This document shows, one piece after another, positions 11,217-24,348 of a DNA stretch of 64,000 nt (position 1 is its first letter; each line of letters begins with the position of its first letter). Source of the DNA: Octopus sinensis. Its lineage: Eukaryota. Where the stretch lies: assembly GCF_006345805.1 (NCBI RefSeq), contig NC_043006.1, forward strand, positions 64,852,001 through 64,916,000, given 5' to 3'. A model generated the notes under the pieces. It did no database searches and was not told the origin of the DNA. It was given only the letters and a program-made list of their open reading frames with translations. The position numbers and the translations under genes are program-made.

Positions 11217-14200
11217 AAATAAAATGGCACAATCATGGCGGGGACATTTGATCATAGATCTTCTGGATCAAGGATCACTTAGAGCTAAAACAACAAAGCC
11301 AGGATAACATACATTTGAACCAAATAGCCATAAGGCATACTCCCCTGCTTGGTTTAAACTACAGGTAGACAATTCCTCACCTGGTTTAAACACTACCACC
11401 TGACAATAGGATACCTTTAGCAGGAACCACTGCACTTCAATCCTCACCCAACCTATCTACCTTGGAGACCATATATATATATATAAATAAATAAATAAAT
11501 AAAAGAGGCACTGTCTTTCCTCTTCTTGAATATACCATTTAAAAAATCTTTTTCCACTCGCAAATTAAGAAAACCCACCTACATACCTTACGTTAATCAC
11601 CATTATTCACATGAGGAGCTAAGCATTTTATCAATACATCAGTACTAATTACTTTATTCGCTTGAGGTAATACTCTCCATACAGCTTTATGGGTTCTATA
11701 GTTAAAATCCCTCTTTCACAAAATAGGTTTGTGTGTGTACATGCCACACACATACCATGTACATGCAAAGAATAGGAGAGAAATGGTGAGGTTAATAAGG
11801 CATCTAAATGTAGGCATTCATCTTCAATAAATTAAAAATTAAAAAAAAAGAAGAGCAATGTCAAATAAAGGAAACAAAGATCTAATGCCTGATTCTGTCT
11901 CTAATGAGGATGAATAAAGAGCAGTTACAATTACATATGTATGTACATACACACAGTTGTGGCTGAATGTTAATTGACTGGACTTTGACATTTAGTAGAT
12001 GGAATATAAGCTTAAAGATTGAAAACAATTAGCTAAAAGCATGGAGGAGTTGCAGAAAAAAGGAGGTAGACTGAAGAAGGAATATAAAATATGGAAATAA
12101 AGACAACTATGAAACAGATGTCAATGTCACTCACTCACTCACTCACACACACTCACACACACACATGCATGATAGATAAGGAGAGAGAGGTGAGAAAGAG
12201 AAAGATATAAAAAAGTAGTAAGGTATAACTAAGTAGAAATCAAAACCAAAGAAATGCAGAAATGAACCAAATAATGGATATCTGAAGACATTTTTAAAAG
12301 ATTAGTTGAAACTGGAGACAATGTGATTACTATTATAGACAGTGCCATCCATAAAGGAGTGGTAGAGTTCCATGTAAGAACAGTAGTGTTAGTGAGTGAA
12401 TGGTGTAATAAATAAACTGATATTAGTAATGGATTAGTAACCAAAGTGATGCAAACCTCAGAGTGGTGTTTGTGCGAGCAAGAATATCTTAAGTTTCGAC
12501 TTGAAAGGACATTTTTTTAAAACTGAATAAATAACCAAAACTTAAATCCACATCATAAAATAACATTGGTCACATGAAATTATTGGAGTAATGCTTATCT
12601 CCAATCTCTATTAAGTAGACAGAAGACAAAATTTCCAATATCCATGTATTATAGGTATTTCCCTCACAGTAAGTTATGCAATGGCAGAGCAGACAACATT
12701 TTTGATTTAAAAAGTGCACAATCACAATGAGACACTTGATAATGATCAGAGATAAACTGATAAAAACATTACCAGTAGGCGTTTAAAATTATATTTCAGA
12801 AACATTTAGCTTTGGGGACTTCTATTTCTTAGTCCTCGTTACCAAGCTACCCATGCACACATGACTGGATAGCAGGACGTGTTTAAAGCTGGACGGAACC
12901 CTTCTACCGATGACTAAGGAGTAGAAACTATTTTCCTTTTGTTACCAGCATAATTGGGAGCAAATAGGAGTTAGATGCTTTATAGATTGACCCCCAAGTC
13001 AGCTCTGATCCAAGGTGCCTTAGCCTTGAACATGCTGTCTCCCCCTACTATCAGATGTAGCATTTCTAATACTATATCATGCAATATCGCCCATTTTAGG
13101 AGATGGTAGAATGTGAATTGAGAGAGATTTGTCTGCTGCTTCTAGTAAGCTTAGTTAAAACGGTTACAGGACATGAGATTTGATAGGATTCACAACCATG
13201 AATTCAGTAATCCAACACAAGTCTTGCATCTGATTTCTATTATGTTGCACTGTTGAGCTGATTACTAAAGCAGTGTTTAGGAGAGAAAATTAAATATTAC
13301 ACACATCAAATCCACAGCAGATTATTTTAGTATGTCCCCCTTATACCCATTAGTGACACCATATCTTCAATGAAAAAATACTCATGAAATGCAAGTAGTC
13401 ACTTTAATGATGGGATAATCAGAGTTTGAGAGTTGCAGAAGTAATAATTGTCATTGTGTAATCATGATGCTTATAAGAGTTAACTGCCCTCACTCATAGT
13501 AGTAATGACAATGGAATGGTAGTGTAGCTATGGTATTCAACAACCTGTACAAAGGTCACATGTTCAAATCCACAGTTGGTGCCCTGTAGTGTGTTTGGGC
13601 ATACAATTCTCAGCACCTCAGTTCACCTAAATCTGTTAGAAGGAATCAGTTTATAGAGATAAGTATAATCGTATACATTGACGAAGATGTAACCTAGGCT
13701 TTGTATAATGAGCAAGACGTTTCATGTAGTACTTCGTTGTACCGGACAACTTTGGTACACCCCAACTTACAAAGCTGATAACATATGTAAAGAGGCTTTC
13801 AAATAGAACATTTGTATTTTTCTGGGGGAATCTAAGCAGTATAAAGAAAAAGATTTCCAATATGATATGGTTATTTGAAATGAAAAGTTATGGTTTGGAG
13901 GCTATAGACATGCACTTAGAAAAACCATATCAATATGTGTGTTAAAAGTTTTAATCACATACTCCAATGCACAAACAAGTTATAATGCCTCACATCCTGC
14001 TGATAGGTTTTTAGTTTGTGTGTCACTAGCAACATATTTTATTTTTCTGGTCAAAATATGACCAGTAGACTTAAATAGGAAATACAGGTGGTAAATCAAC
14101 ACTACAAAAAGAGCAGTTGAGAGCCAGACCATGGGGATCTTTCTTATGGATCAGAAAGATCAGGTCTGGCAATTTGTAAATACAACATAGTAACCACCAA

Positions 14201-16574
14201 TAGGTCAAATTCACTCAGTTCAAAACCCATAATTATAAATCAAGAATCATTAAATGCTAGTACTTCTAATTATGTTAGCTTTGTGATTTATATTTCTAAT
14301 GAAATATATTTCCCAAGTTCCAATAAATAAAAAAATAATTTGGATTTAGTAAAATAATTAGCCTTTTTTTCTTCATTGCTATTTCAAACTGGGTTTTGGA
14401 ATATAAAAGATTTTTATGTAAAACTACAATATAAAATTATAACTTCAATATGAACAGCTTAAAAGAAGGTGTTTCACATTGTTATTGAAAGGATCTTTAG
14501 AAGTTTTATTTACTCTAACACCGCTGGGAAAGATAAGAGCTATCATTCAATTAGATATTGGCAGTGACCAATATCTGCATTAGGTCTGTGGAATGGACAA
14601 CTTTCAGATAGACCCAGCCAATCCATTGAGTTGTAAATTAGGTGCTGCAGGGTTCGAAGAATTTACTGCAAAATTAGCAAATAGTTTATTATAGTTAAGA
14701 GAGATGAAACATCAGGTTGATTTCTTCAGGATACACTAGGTTACAGGACTCACTGTGGCATATTCCCTTCACCTCATACATTGAAGGTAAAGGCCTGGGA
14801 CCAAGTAGTTACAGTGTTGCACTCATGATTGCAAGATTGTGGTTTCAATTCCTGGATCAGACAGCAAATTGTGTTCTTGAGCACATTTCATTTTACATAG
14901 TTCCAGAACACTCAGCTGTAAATGAGTAACTTTGAGAGATTAGCATTTCATTCAGGGAGAATGTTGTAGTTCTCAGTCACCTATATGCCAGAGACAACAG
15001 GTGATTGGTTCTGAGCCCTAGGACCCAATACCAATGTCCAGGGGTTGAAGATAACTAGAAGGCTTCAGTAGATAAGATTTCACAAAGATATTATTGCAGT
15101 GGAACAAACTGCAGAGCTAGAATAAATTATGGTAAATTAGTCTTCTTGAACTATAATTCAATGTTCAAACAACTATAGAAACCTTGTTTATAAAATAAAG
15201 AGAAACCTTAAACTAAAGTCTATCAACCCTAAAAAGAAAAATAACTTAAGAAAACCGTGGTTTTAGTTTCAGTTAAATAACTAATACTAGTTTTATAGGA
15301 TTAATAGAACTGAGCAGATGCAATCATTCTTTGAAGAAACAATATATTCATGACATTAACAAACCACATTTTAGTTAGTATTGGAAGAGCGTTGCTGAAG
15401 CAAAAGCCATTCAAGCAGCCTTTGATTAAAAGCCGATGCCAAACAAACCGTCTCCTACATTTGGTAATTAATCTTGAAAATTGCTAATTAGTTTTGTTAT
15501 ATTTTAGTGAATACCTTTTATGAAATAAGGTGTAGAAAGAATCTCCTATAGAAGTTCCATTTTAGGTTGAGACCATCAAATATTAAAATTCAAAAATTCT
15601 GTCTGATTAACAAAACTGATATTGAGCTTGTTTAGGGAGAAAGATATCCCTGAACAATTGGCTGTTGTAAATTTCTGAGATACTATATACTGTATCAGAT
15701 ATATTAGTGCTTGATAACTAGAGAGAGAGTAAAGAGTTGTAGTGGACAAGAAAGTAATAAATGATGGAATTCCACCACCATCAATATCAATGACATATTA
15801 ATGGTGGTTCATTTTTGGCAAGCCAAATTTGCAAACCAGTAATAATTTCAACTTGTATTCTTTTCCACATAGTATTAATATAATTCACTCTTAAAATTCA
15901 CTGACCATTAAAAAGAAATATTTTTGTTCTAGAACCCTCTTTTGCAAAGGGGTATATTTCTATATTTGCTAAATTGTAAGCAAAGACAAGGTGGTTGTAA
16001 ACATTTGCAGAATCTATAACAAACAAATTTTGGTGTTTCATACTATCAACCAAACAAATGTAAAAATCTGTATTTGATGACATAAAAGTTGCACCCCAAT
16101 TTTGGCAATGCCTATATGGGAAAAAAGTTCTTTATGCATTAAAGCATATAATATAGGCCCAACTTAACATATAGAACCCAGGGTGGGTCTTTTTTTTTTT
16201 GAGACAATGTTTTGGAAATAAAGTGTCTTATATGCCAAATATGGCATCTTGTTCAATAGATGCAAATAAGAAACACAATTTGCAGTGCTAGCCAGGTTTT
16301 TTTTCTGACAGAGTAGACCTACATATTAATAAGCTCCACACATCTTGCAGGTAATTTCTTACATGAGGTGCATTATTAAACTATAATAAATATAGTGACA
16401 AGAATGATTTAGCAGTTTGAATATCTCAACTAATTGTTTGGGAGATGAGACAGATGTCAGTTGCTTGTTGTTGTAAAAACTGTCATGCCAAAGTGAAAAG
16501 CAGGCATTATCAAATCAATCAAAAACAATTGCAGGTAATTGAAAGCCAGAAAAATTAAAGAAACATTTAGTTAC

Positions 16575-16724
16575 CCTGCTGGTGCCAATTCAAATGGGTC
16601 ATCAAAGAAAGAAGGTATGCCCAAACCAAACGGTGCAAATCCAAATGGTGTTCGTTGTCTGCGGCTGACTCCCTGCTGTTGTTGTTGCTCCATTCTGTGA
16701 CGTCTATTGTGGTGTCGCCTTCGA
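16575..16724 (-). CDS. DNAJB6: DNAJB6-like coding exon 5 (SRRRHHNRRHRMEQQQQQGVSRRQRTPFGFAPFGLGIPSFFDDPFELAPAG)
   Basis: ttttcag acceptor, GG|gtaact donor; 150 nt, symmetric phase 2-2; G/F-like second half (FGFAPFGLG, FFDDPF); locally GC/CpG-richer than the flanks. Confidence 0.82.
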
Positions 16725-19700
16725 CTGAAAACATACTCGGGCTTTCAGTGGGCAGAAAGGATTCAGCCAATATGAGAGTGACCCCCAAGTTGTAGGTCAC
16801 AGAGAAAGGGTGCAAAGACAACCATGCTTGTGATGGAAAGAAACACCAGGTATCCAACCCCAAAACCCAGTCCACTGGTATCCATGATTAGAGAGATAGA
16901 CAACTAACTTTGAGCAAAGGTTTGTGGGAATGATTAGAACAGTGCTCTGTTGTTAGCATCAGATATGAATTACTCGATCACAGCTCAGAGTGGCAATACA
17001 TGTAATAGTGAATGAAATCAATAGCTGATAGATGTTTCAGCTAGATGAGCAATATTGAAACAATAATATCAAAGTGAACATCTTTGGAAGATGTGGGGTG
17101 GGTGGTGGCAAACAGATACCAGTGGATAATTAAACAACATGCAACATAAAATGTTAATGTTAGAAATGTTAAATGTGTGAAAAGGAAAAAAAGTGCTCAG
17201 ACAGACACACACCCTACACTAGACAGAGTAAGCAGAAACTGAACAAAAGTAACAAGTGAAAATGGTAAGGCACTTAAGACAATGGAGAAATAAAAACATT
17301 TAAAGTTACACAACTTTAATAAAATGTGAAGTTCATTTCTGCATTAATTTTGCAAACAAATTGCAGTTCTAATATTTGATGTGTTTAGAAGTATTAGTCC
17401 TTTAGAAATATCAGCAAACAATACAGATAAAATCACAGAAAATAAAAGAACAATGTCAAAATGTTTTTAAAGTAGTTGAGCACCCGAATAGTCTTAATTA
17501 CTAAATATGGGGCAATCTCCAGTTTCATAGAAGATTCAATGAGATTGTAAAATAAATGAAAAATAAAATGAAGACAGTTCATAACAATGAGTAAAGAAAG
17601 TTTTATTAAATTCAGAAGAATATAATAAAGTTAAAATTGACTGTATGGTTTTAAAAAACCACAACCAGAATAAGTTAAGAATTACACTGCTTGCATCATT
17701 AACATAAAAATTGCATTAATAAACAGTGCTTCTGAAAAGTTAAACATATGCACCAAATTTCAGGAAATAGCTAAACTTATGCTACCCAAAAATGAGTGAC
17801 AATCTAAAAAGCAGACTGTGCAAGGTGCATAGTGTATGAGTGAGGGAAGAGAAAGGGTGTGTTGCAAAGAACATTTGTCAATCCTAAATCTAGGATTGTT
17901 ATTTTCTCTGCCCAAAGAAGGGTATGGATAGGCGAAGGTGAATAATTTGTAGGTAGGTAGGTAGGTAAGAAAAATAAAAAATAAACATGGTGCAAGAGAC
18001 TGGATGTATAATAGGGTAAAAGCAATAGGATAGAATTTGAAATAAATGCTGCTCTTAATGTGATTTCTGAACAAGGAATATTGTATAAATGGGTGGGTGG
18101 AAACCATTTATAATTAAACTAAAAAAACACTATATAAGACATTAATGAGATAATTAGATTACAACTGTATTAAATGAAACAAGCTTTCTAAGAGCAATTG
18201 TAAAATTTAAAAAACAAAAATTTAATGTTAACCAGAAATTCAAGTTTAAAAGTAATGCATTCTAAAAATAAAAATATTTCTGAATTATAAAATTGTAAAT
18301 AAGGCATGGTCTTAAGTTAGTGTGATCAGTCTTGCCTTGAATCTGACCTGTTATCAGTTTTAGGATTCTGCAATGCTGCACTAAAGTCTCAAGATAAATA
18401 TGGCTTCATTCTGTGAGTGAAGCTTTGATTTTACTATCACTTTTGAAAGCCATCAACTTCATAACTTTGCTATCAATATGGCAACATGTCTATGTAATTA
18501 GAAAAATCCATGACTAAATGTTGATTAATGAATTTAATTGGATAAGCAACACACGTACATCTGGACAGATGTTAATATTTGACAAATCACTGGTTGCAGT
18601 AATCTAAGCATCCCGTATCTGTGGTCACATACTAACAGAAAAGTTATTACTATATTTTAAATGGTAGCCTCATTGAGTTGAGTCAGACTTCAACTATTTG
18701 ATATTAAAATACTGCTACTAACACTGTAACTTTGAAAATTCAAGCTTCACTCATTGGAATGCAGCCATGCTGAGGTACCATCTTCAAAACATCTTTGCCG
18801 ACCCCAGTACTTTTGGCAATTGTTTTCTGATTACATCAGGGACAAACAGAACTATTTTGTTAAGGTTAAGAAATTATAGCCATCACCGATTTTTGCTATA
18901 ACATTTCATATACAAGATATCAGATGTAAACAATCTGATTGAAGATTAAAAATGGACAATGGGTATATTGTGCAGTGGGGTTTTGCCTCTTCATCAGCAC
19001 CCTTCTAACCCTTAATCATCCTCGAACAAATTGCTTAAATAGCCACCACACATAGCAGTGTAAAGTTATTCGATATATCAATTTAAATATTAAATGCATT
19101 CCTGGAAGCTGGTATGTAAATACAAATGATTTGTAGGTACGTGGTATTTCGTTATGAAACCTAACTATACTAAATATTTTTATAAGTCCATACCATGTTC
19201 TGTGTTAGCAGTGCTCTTTACATTATTCTATAGGAATTATAACCAGCACTGATTTTTGTTATGTTTCATATTGAGATGTCAGATGTAAACAGTGAGATTC
19301 AAGATGAAAAATGGGTAATGGGCGACACTAGTTACATTTTTCAACCCAGCAATTTAAGTCATTCTATGCTGATTCACATCTAATGGGTTCCAAAAAAAGA
19401 TTTTATCTGCCAAAATTTCATTCACAAGGCTTTTGTTATTACTTGCATAAGATACCACATAGTGGGTTCAAGACAGGAACCAATGTGGTAGCAAAGAAAA
19501 TCTTATCACATATCCTTGAGATATTATTGACCTGTTCTTCCAAATGTTAATGAATTACTTCACAAGAAACAACCATCAGGTTTGAATCGAAATTTTAGTT
19601 TTTCTTCTAACATTGCATTCCTAAAACAATCTTTTGCTAAGTCAAATTACATTAACTTCTGTAACAGGCAGGTGAACAAATAAGATGAACATTTAAAAGA

Positions 19701-20343
19701 AGTAAACAGGAAATCAATACAATAAGAAGTTTAATGAAGAATGAAAATATGTTCTAGATGTGCAAACTGGAGAGTACGTTCTTGGTTAAATGAGAATATT
19801 TAATATATAAAAATTAACAAATAAACATCATGTATAAATTATAGATTTTTATACTGGAAATAATGTTTTTCATTGCACAATCAATAGTGCAAAGAATTAG
19901 TTAAAATATTTCCATCAATTTCTAGGAGAGTAGATACAAATTTGCAACAGCAATACCAAGATGATCCCAGTTAAAAATTAAGTGAACAACAGGGACTGGA
20001 CCTCTAATTTTTTCTAATTAATGATTTATACAATGTATAAATTTAAGAGGCCAACTATTTACTTGGTATAGTGTTTTAAAGTTAACAAAAACAACCAACC
20101 TGTTTGCACATCTCAAAAAACAGTTTAAAAATATTTTAATAAATTGTTATTTGGTATTAAATGAATAAGCAGTAGTTGGAAGTTCCAGTGCAAAAATATC
20201 ATGCAAGACATTAATAGAAGGGGAAGAAAAAAAAAACACCAACAATCTGCAGGTGAAGCAGATTCTATTTTCATTAACTGAAGAGAGAATTTACCCATCC
20301 CAGTGCTTTGTCTGCTAACAATAATAAAAAATTCTCAACTTAC

Positions 20344-20464
20344 CTTGGGCCAGCATTGAAGACAGACTCATCAAGGAATGGGTCAAAAAGGGATGGACTA
20401 GGAAAGCCTGGAAAAGAATGTTGAAACATTCTATCGTTTGGTTGAATTCTGCATGTTCGACCGC
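20344..20464 (-). CDS. DNAJB6: DNAJB6-like coding exon 4 (GGRTCRIQPNDRMFQHSFPGFPSPSLFDPFLDESVFNAGP)
   Basis: ttctag acceptor, AAG|gtaagt donor; 121 nt, open and F/P/G-rich; supplies the phase 1 to 2 change needed to join the downstream exons. Confidence 0.88.
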
Positions 20465-20784
20465 CTAGAACCAATAGAATAATACTATGATCCATTGACA
20501 CTTTCTGAATTTATTGATATTAGTAGCAGGCTTTTGGTCAGTAAGTTGTTACTGCTGAACATAGTGGAGAAGTCAACTGCTGACTTTTTAGCAGGTCAGG
20601 TGAGGTTGAAACGAACTCATGAAAGCAATGAGTGGCTTTGTTGAGACTTGTACAATCTAACCACAACAAGCACTATTCTTACAAATTCCTACCAAAAGAC
20701 TCATCTAACTAGAACCCCTTCATTGTGAATGAAGGATGCCATTTTCATAATTAGGAGTTGAGAAAAAACATGCAGAACACACCT

Positions 20785-20785
<1 letters not shown>

Positions 20786-20827
<42 letters not shown>

Positions 20828-20840
20828 AAAAAAAAAAAAA
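20786..20840. repeat. (TA)n microsatellite followed by a poly-A run
   Basis: Direct inspection. Confidence 0.9.
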
Positions 20841-21831
20841 GACAGGCAAATCAACAAGTTTATGAAACACCGTACAGGAAATAAGCTTAGTAAAAAGAGC
20901 AGAAATTCTAGAATGGCGTACTCTATAGAAATACAGCAAAAAGCTTTATAAAAAAAATCTCTTATCCACCATAGTTACCAAGAGCATATTCCAGTTTTCA
21001 AAGCAGTAAACAGTTATGAGACAGCCTTGTTCTGGATAAGACAGCAGTCTATTGCAAGTTTTACAACAGTATTGGAGCATAACACTGCAAGCTAATCAAA
21101 CATTCGCTTTTTAATGAACTGTACATCTTCATGACACCTATATAAACTAATAGGACTGTATCACCAAGACTTTGGCAGTTAAGATATTTACTTAAGCTGG
21201 CAACAGAACAGTCAGGAGGCATGCAAGGAGAAGATCAGTCTTTGAAAAATTTTTGAAATGTATAATTCATGTTCACACCAAATTTTTTCCCCACTTCAAT
21301 TCTGATGTGTAATGGATTCAAAACAGGAATATTAAATTGTCAAGACAATCCTATTTGCTTAAATGAAAATAATCAGAAATAACTTTAGCAGCATGAAAAA
21401 GCTAGTCTTACAATATATGAGTGCCAACCTAATTTTTTAAAATGTTGAATCAATAAAATAGCTTCTATATGATTATATGACCTGCTAGATATAGATGCTA
21501 AATCATTTTCAAAATGCAACATACTGTCTTAATATAAACTAGATAGTGCAGCCCTTAAAACATTGGCTTGATCAAGGCCAAATGGGAGCAAACTGATGTG
21601 TGTAACATTTAAAACTTAAACTTAACACACTTCTTTGAAAAGAAAATTTAAGCACCAGAATTGTCAACATGCTGAAAGGATTTCTATTTCATAATACCTC
21701 TGTGTGACTTGAATGTACACAACAGGACAATTATGTAATTGACTGGAAAAAGGATTCAAAGTTATACAAAAGGTTGGGATTGATTCAGGTGATACCAGGA
21801 AGAAAATCGTGGGTTATTTCCCCTACCATAC

Positions 21832-22014
21832 CTGAGAAGAATTCTGCGAAAGGATCTCTTCCTCCAAAGAATTCCCTAAACACTTCTTCAGGATCCCTGA
21901 AGTGGAAAGCAGGGTAACCAAAGCTAAATTCAAATCCAGAACCAGGGTGACCATCGGTGTGCATTCCTGTGAGGCCTTCAAGTCCATAGCGATCGTAGAC
22001 ATCTCGCTTTTGTT
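21832..22014 (-). CDS. DNAJB6: DNAJB6-like coding exon 3 ([15 protein letters not shown]...[24 protein letters not shown])
   Basis: End of the J domain plus the G/F-region motif [18 protein letters not shown] typical of DNAJB2/6/7/8; ttttcag acceptor, gtatgg donor; 183 nt, phase 1 to 1. Confidence 0.96.
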
Positions 22015-23653
22015 CTGAAAAATAAAAGCCACGAGAGCTTAGATATAGTTATAGACATGAATGTTATAGATGTAGAAAAAGTTTTTAAAAAACCCAGCCT
22101 TATGTAAATAAAATATGGTAATGAGTTGAACCAGCTATTTGTATCATACAATAGGGTACACACACAAACACTTCACATTGTAAAAACCATGTATGTCAAA
22201 ATTTGTAGAATTAACCAACACAATTATTGCACAAATCTATTTCAAGCTGCCCTCACACATTAAACTATCACTATTATTAGTTATTTGAATTTATTTCCAC
22301 CAGCAATAATGAGTCAAAATATATTACTAGTACTTATGTGAGAGAGAAAAAGAAAAAGAAAAAAAAGTAAAATTTAGTCTGTAGAGTAATATACTTAACA
22401 CAAAGCATTTATCCTGGCATCCAACTATATTTACCTCTCAACCCTTATTTTGTATATTGGCAAATGGCCTTAAATTTCTGAGGATGGTTGACTGATCAAT
22501 TCGGTAGTAGAAATATTCTGTAATCCAATTCAATGTTGAGCAAGATGCAAAACAAAAATCAACTCAAGTGAGATTTTGGGCTGGGTGAAAATTGGAGTGT
22601 CTTGCCTGTCACTTCTACTTGTAAAGAGCTTAGTTAACTATAACAAATGACTGAGGTTAGCTTGGTAAGAACTCACTATGCTGACTACCTCATCACTTTC
22701 ATATATAACGACAAAGAATTGTTTAAAATTAGACCAGTATCTATCTATCTAGGTCGTCCCTTAGGATGCTCCTACTTTTCCACACGTTTTCCCCATAAGC
22801 TTTGATCTTCCATAATGGTCCTCAGCTCCTATGACAGTAGTAGATACATTTTATTTAAATAAAATTAAACATTTTTTTTTTTTTTTACTGAGAAGCAACC
22901 TGGAGAAATTTTAAATTGTGAATGATACACAACCCAATATTCTAAGTTAATTGTATAGTGTTGGTCAATAAAGAGATATAAAGAAAGTCAGAAGGCTGAT
23001 GTTTGGTATTTGGTTTGAACTTCTGCAAAATGTGCTTGGTTAGAAAATTATGAATGGATTGAACAAAGTTTTAGAATGGGGTTGGTGAGTTTTAAGATAG
23101 TAAGGATGACATGAAGTGGATGAGCAAGTAGGTTTGAACAATTCTAGAGAAAATTTATAGAAATGGTAGGTTGATAGTCCAAAACAAAGCAACAGCTTAC
23201 CATTTACAAAAAATTAGTGTAAAGACAAATTTTCAAATGACAGGATAAAGAACAAGAGAGACAAGCTACATTAAACCAGGAAGAAATGGACAGACACACA
23301 CTCAAGTTGATTGTGGATTTCTGCCTCATTTCTTGTAGATGTTATGTCTAACTTTGTTGGGTAATAAATATTCAAGACAACATATATAAATGTTACTCCA
23401 CAATTTTGTCAGTTCTATATTTGGATATTTTGTTTTTTAACCTATGGGTAACAAAGATCAGCATATTGTAAAATTTTACCCCCCCCCCCCCCATGATCTT
23501 TGGGTTAAGTAGGTGACTCTCCACCCAACTTCTCATTGTTTCTACATCCGAGTATTAATCCAAAATACTTAGCAATGAAACTTGAAAAAAATTCAAAACC
23601 TGCTGAGGTCAACTTTACTTTTGGTACTTAGTAAAATACTAAGCAAAAACTGG

Positions 23654-23754
23654 AGTTAATGTAATTGATCAACATCTTCTACCCAAAAGCCTTGTGCCTA
23701 AATTAGAAATTATTAAGGCTTTTGGGTAGAAGACGTTGATCAATTACATTAACT
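23654..23754. repeat. 40-bp inverted repeat with a 21-nt loop
   Basis: 23654-23693 versus 23715-23754, 39 of 40 complementary. Confidence 0.95.
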
Positions 23755-24238
23755 ACAGATCTGGATTTTTGCTACACCCCTGGGAAAGCAAGTTTCTTTT
23801 GCCATTAGTAAAAAAAATAAATGATAAAAATAATATACTATAAACCAATTATAAAGAAATTACTTGCTAATCAGCAACTGAACACTTGTACTTAAAGAAT
23901 TGGTCTTCACCCAATTGGCTCTGCAAAAACTAGAGCTGATTACCTCCATCTAGTTACTGATTTTATTCCATTAAATTATCTAAATTAACTTCAATATCAA
24001 TACAATGTTTTAAATCTGGGACTTAATAGGCTTCAAAATCATCTAAAATCTTGAAAGCAGCATTGACAGGTTTCAGAAAGGAGAATAAGGAACCTTTGGA
24101 GGAGGAGAGGGATGCACCACGCCTAACATTGATGTCAAAAAGGTGAAATGATACTCATTTATGAACTCCTCAAAAGGAGAGAGAGAGAGAGAAAGAGAGA
24201 ATGTGATCGAAATGGCATGAAAAGGAGTGAGTACTTAC

Positions 24239-24348
24239 TGTCAGAAAGTACTTCATAGGCTTGAGATATTTCTTTGAATTTTCTTTCAGCTTCATCTTTT
24301 CTGTCAGGATTTTTGTCTGGATGCCATTTTAAAGCAAGTTTCCGATAG
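24239..24348 (-). CDS. DNAJB6: DNAJB6-like coding exon 2 ([36 protein letters not shown])
   Basis: Contains the HPD motif; cag acceptor, gtaagt donor; 110 nt, phase 2 to 1. Confidence 0.97.

Noticed and set aside
16567-16875. 102-aa ORF from the track (MDWVLGLDTW...)
   Set aside because: GTG start and an alternative frame overlapping the real exon 5; the spliced DNAJB6 frame is a different one
18970-19003. Second hammerhead-like motif on the minus strand (GGGTG CTGATGA AGAGGC AAAAC)
   Set aside because: No convincing stem II, GAAA or NUH cleavage triplet
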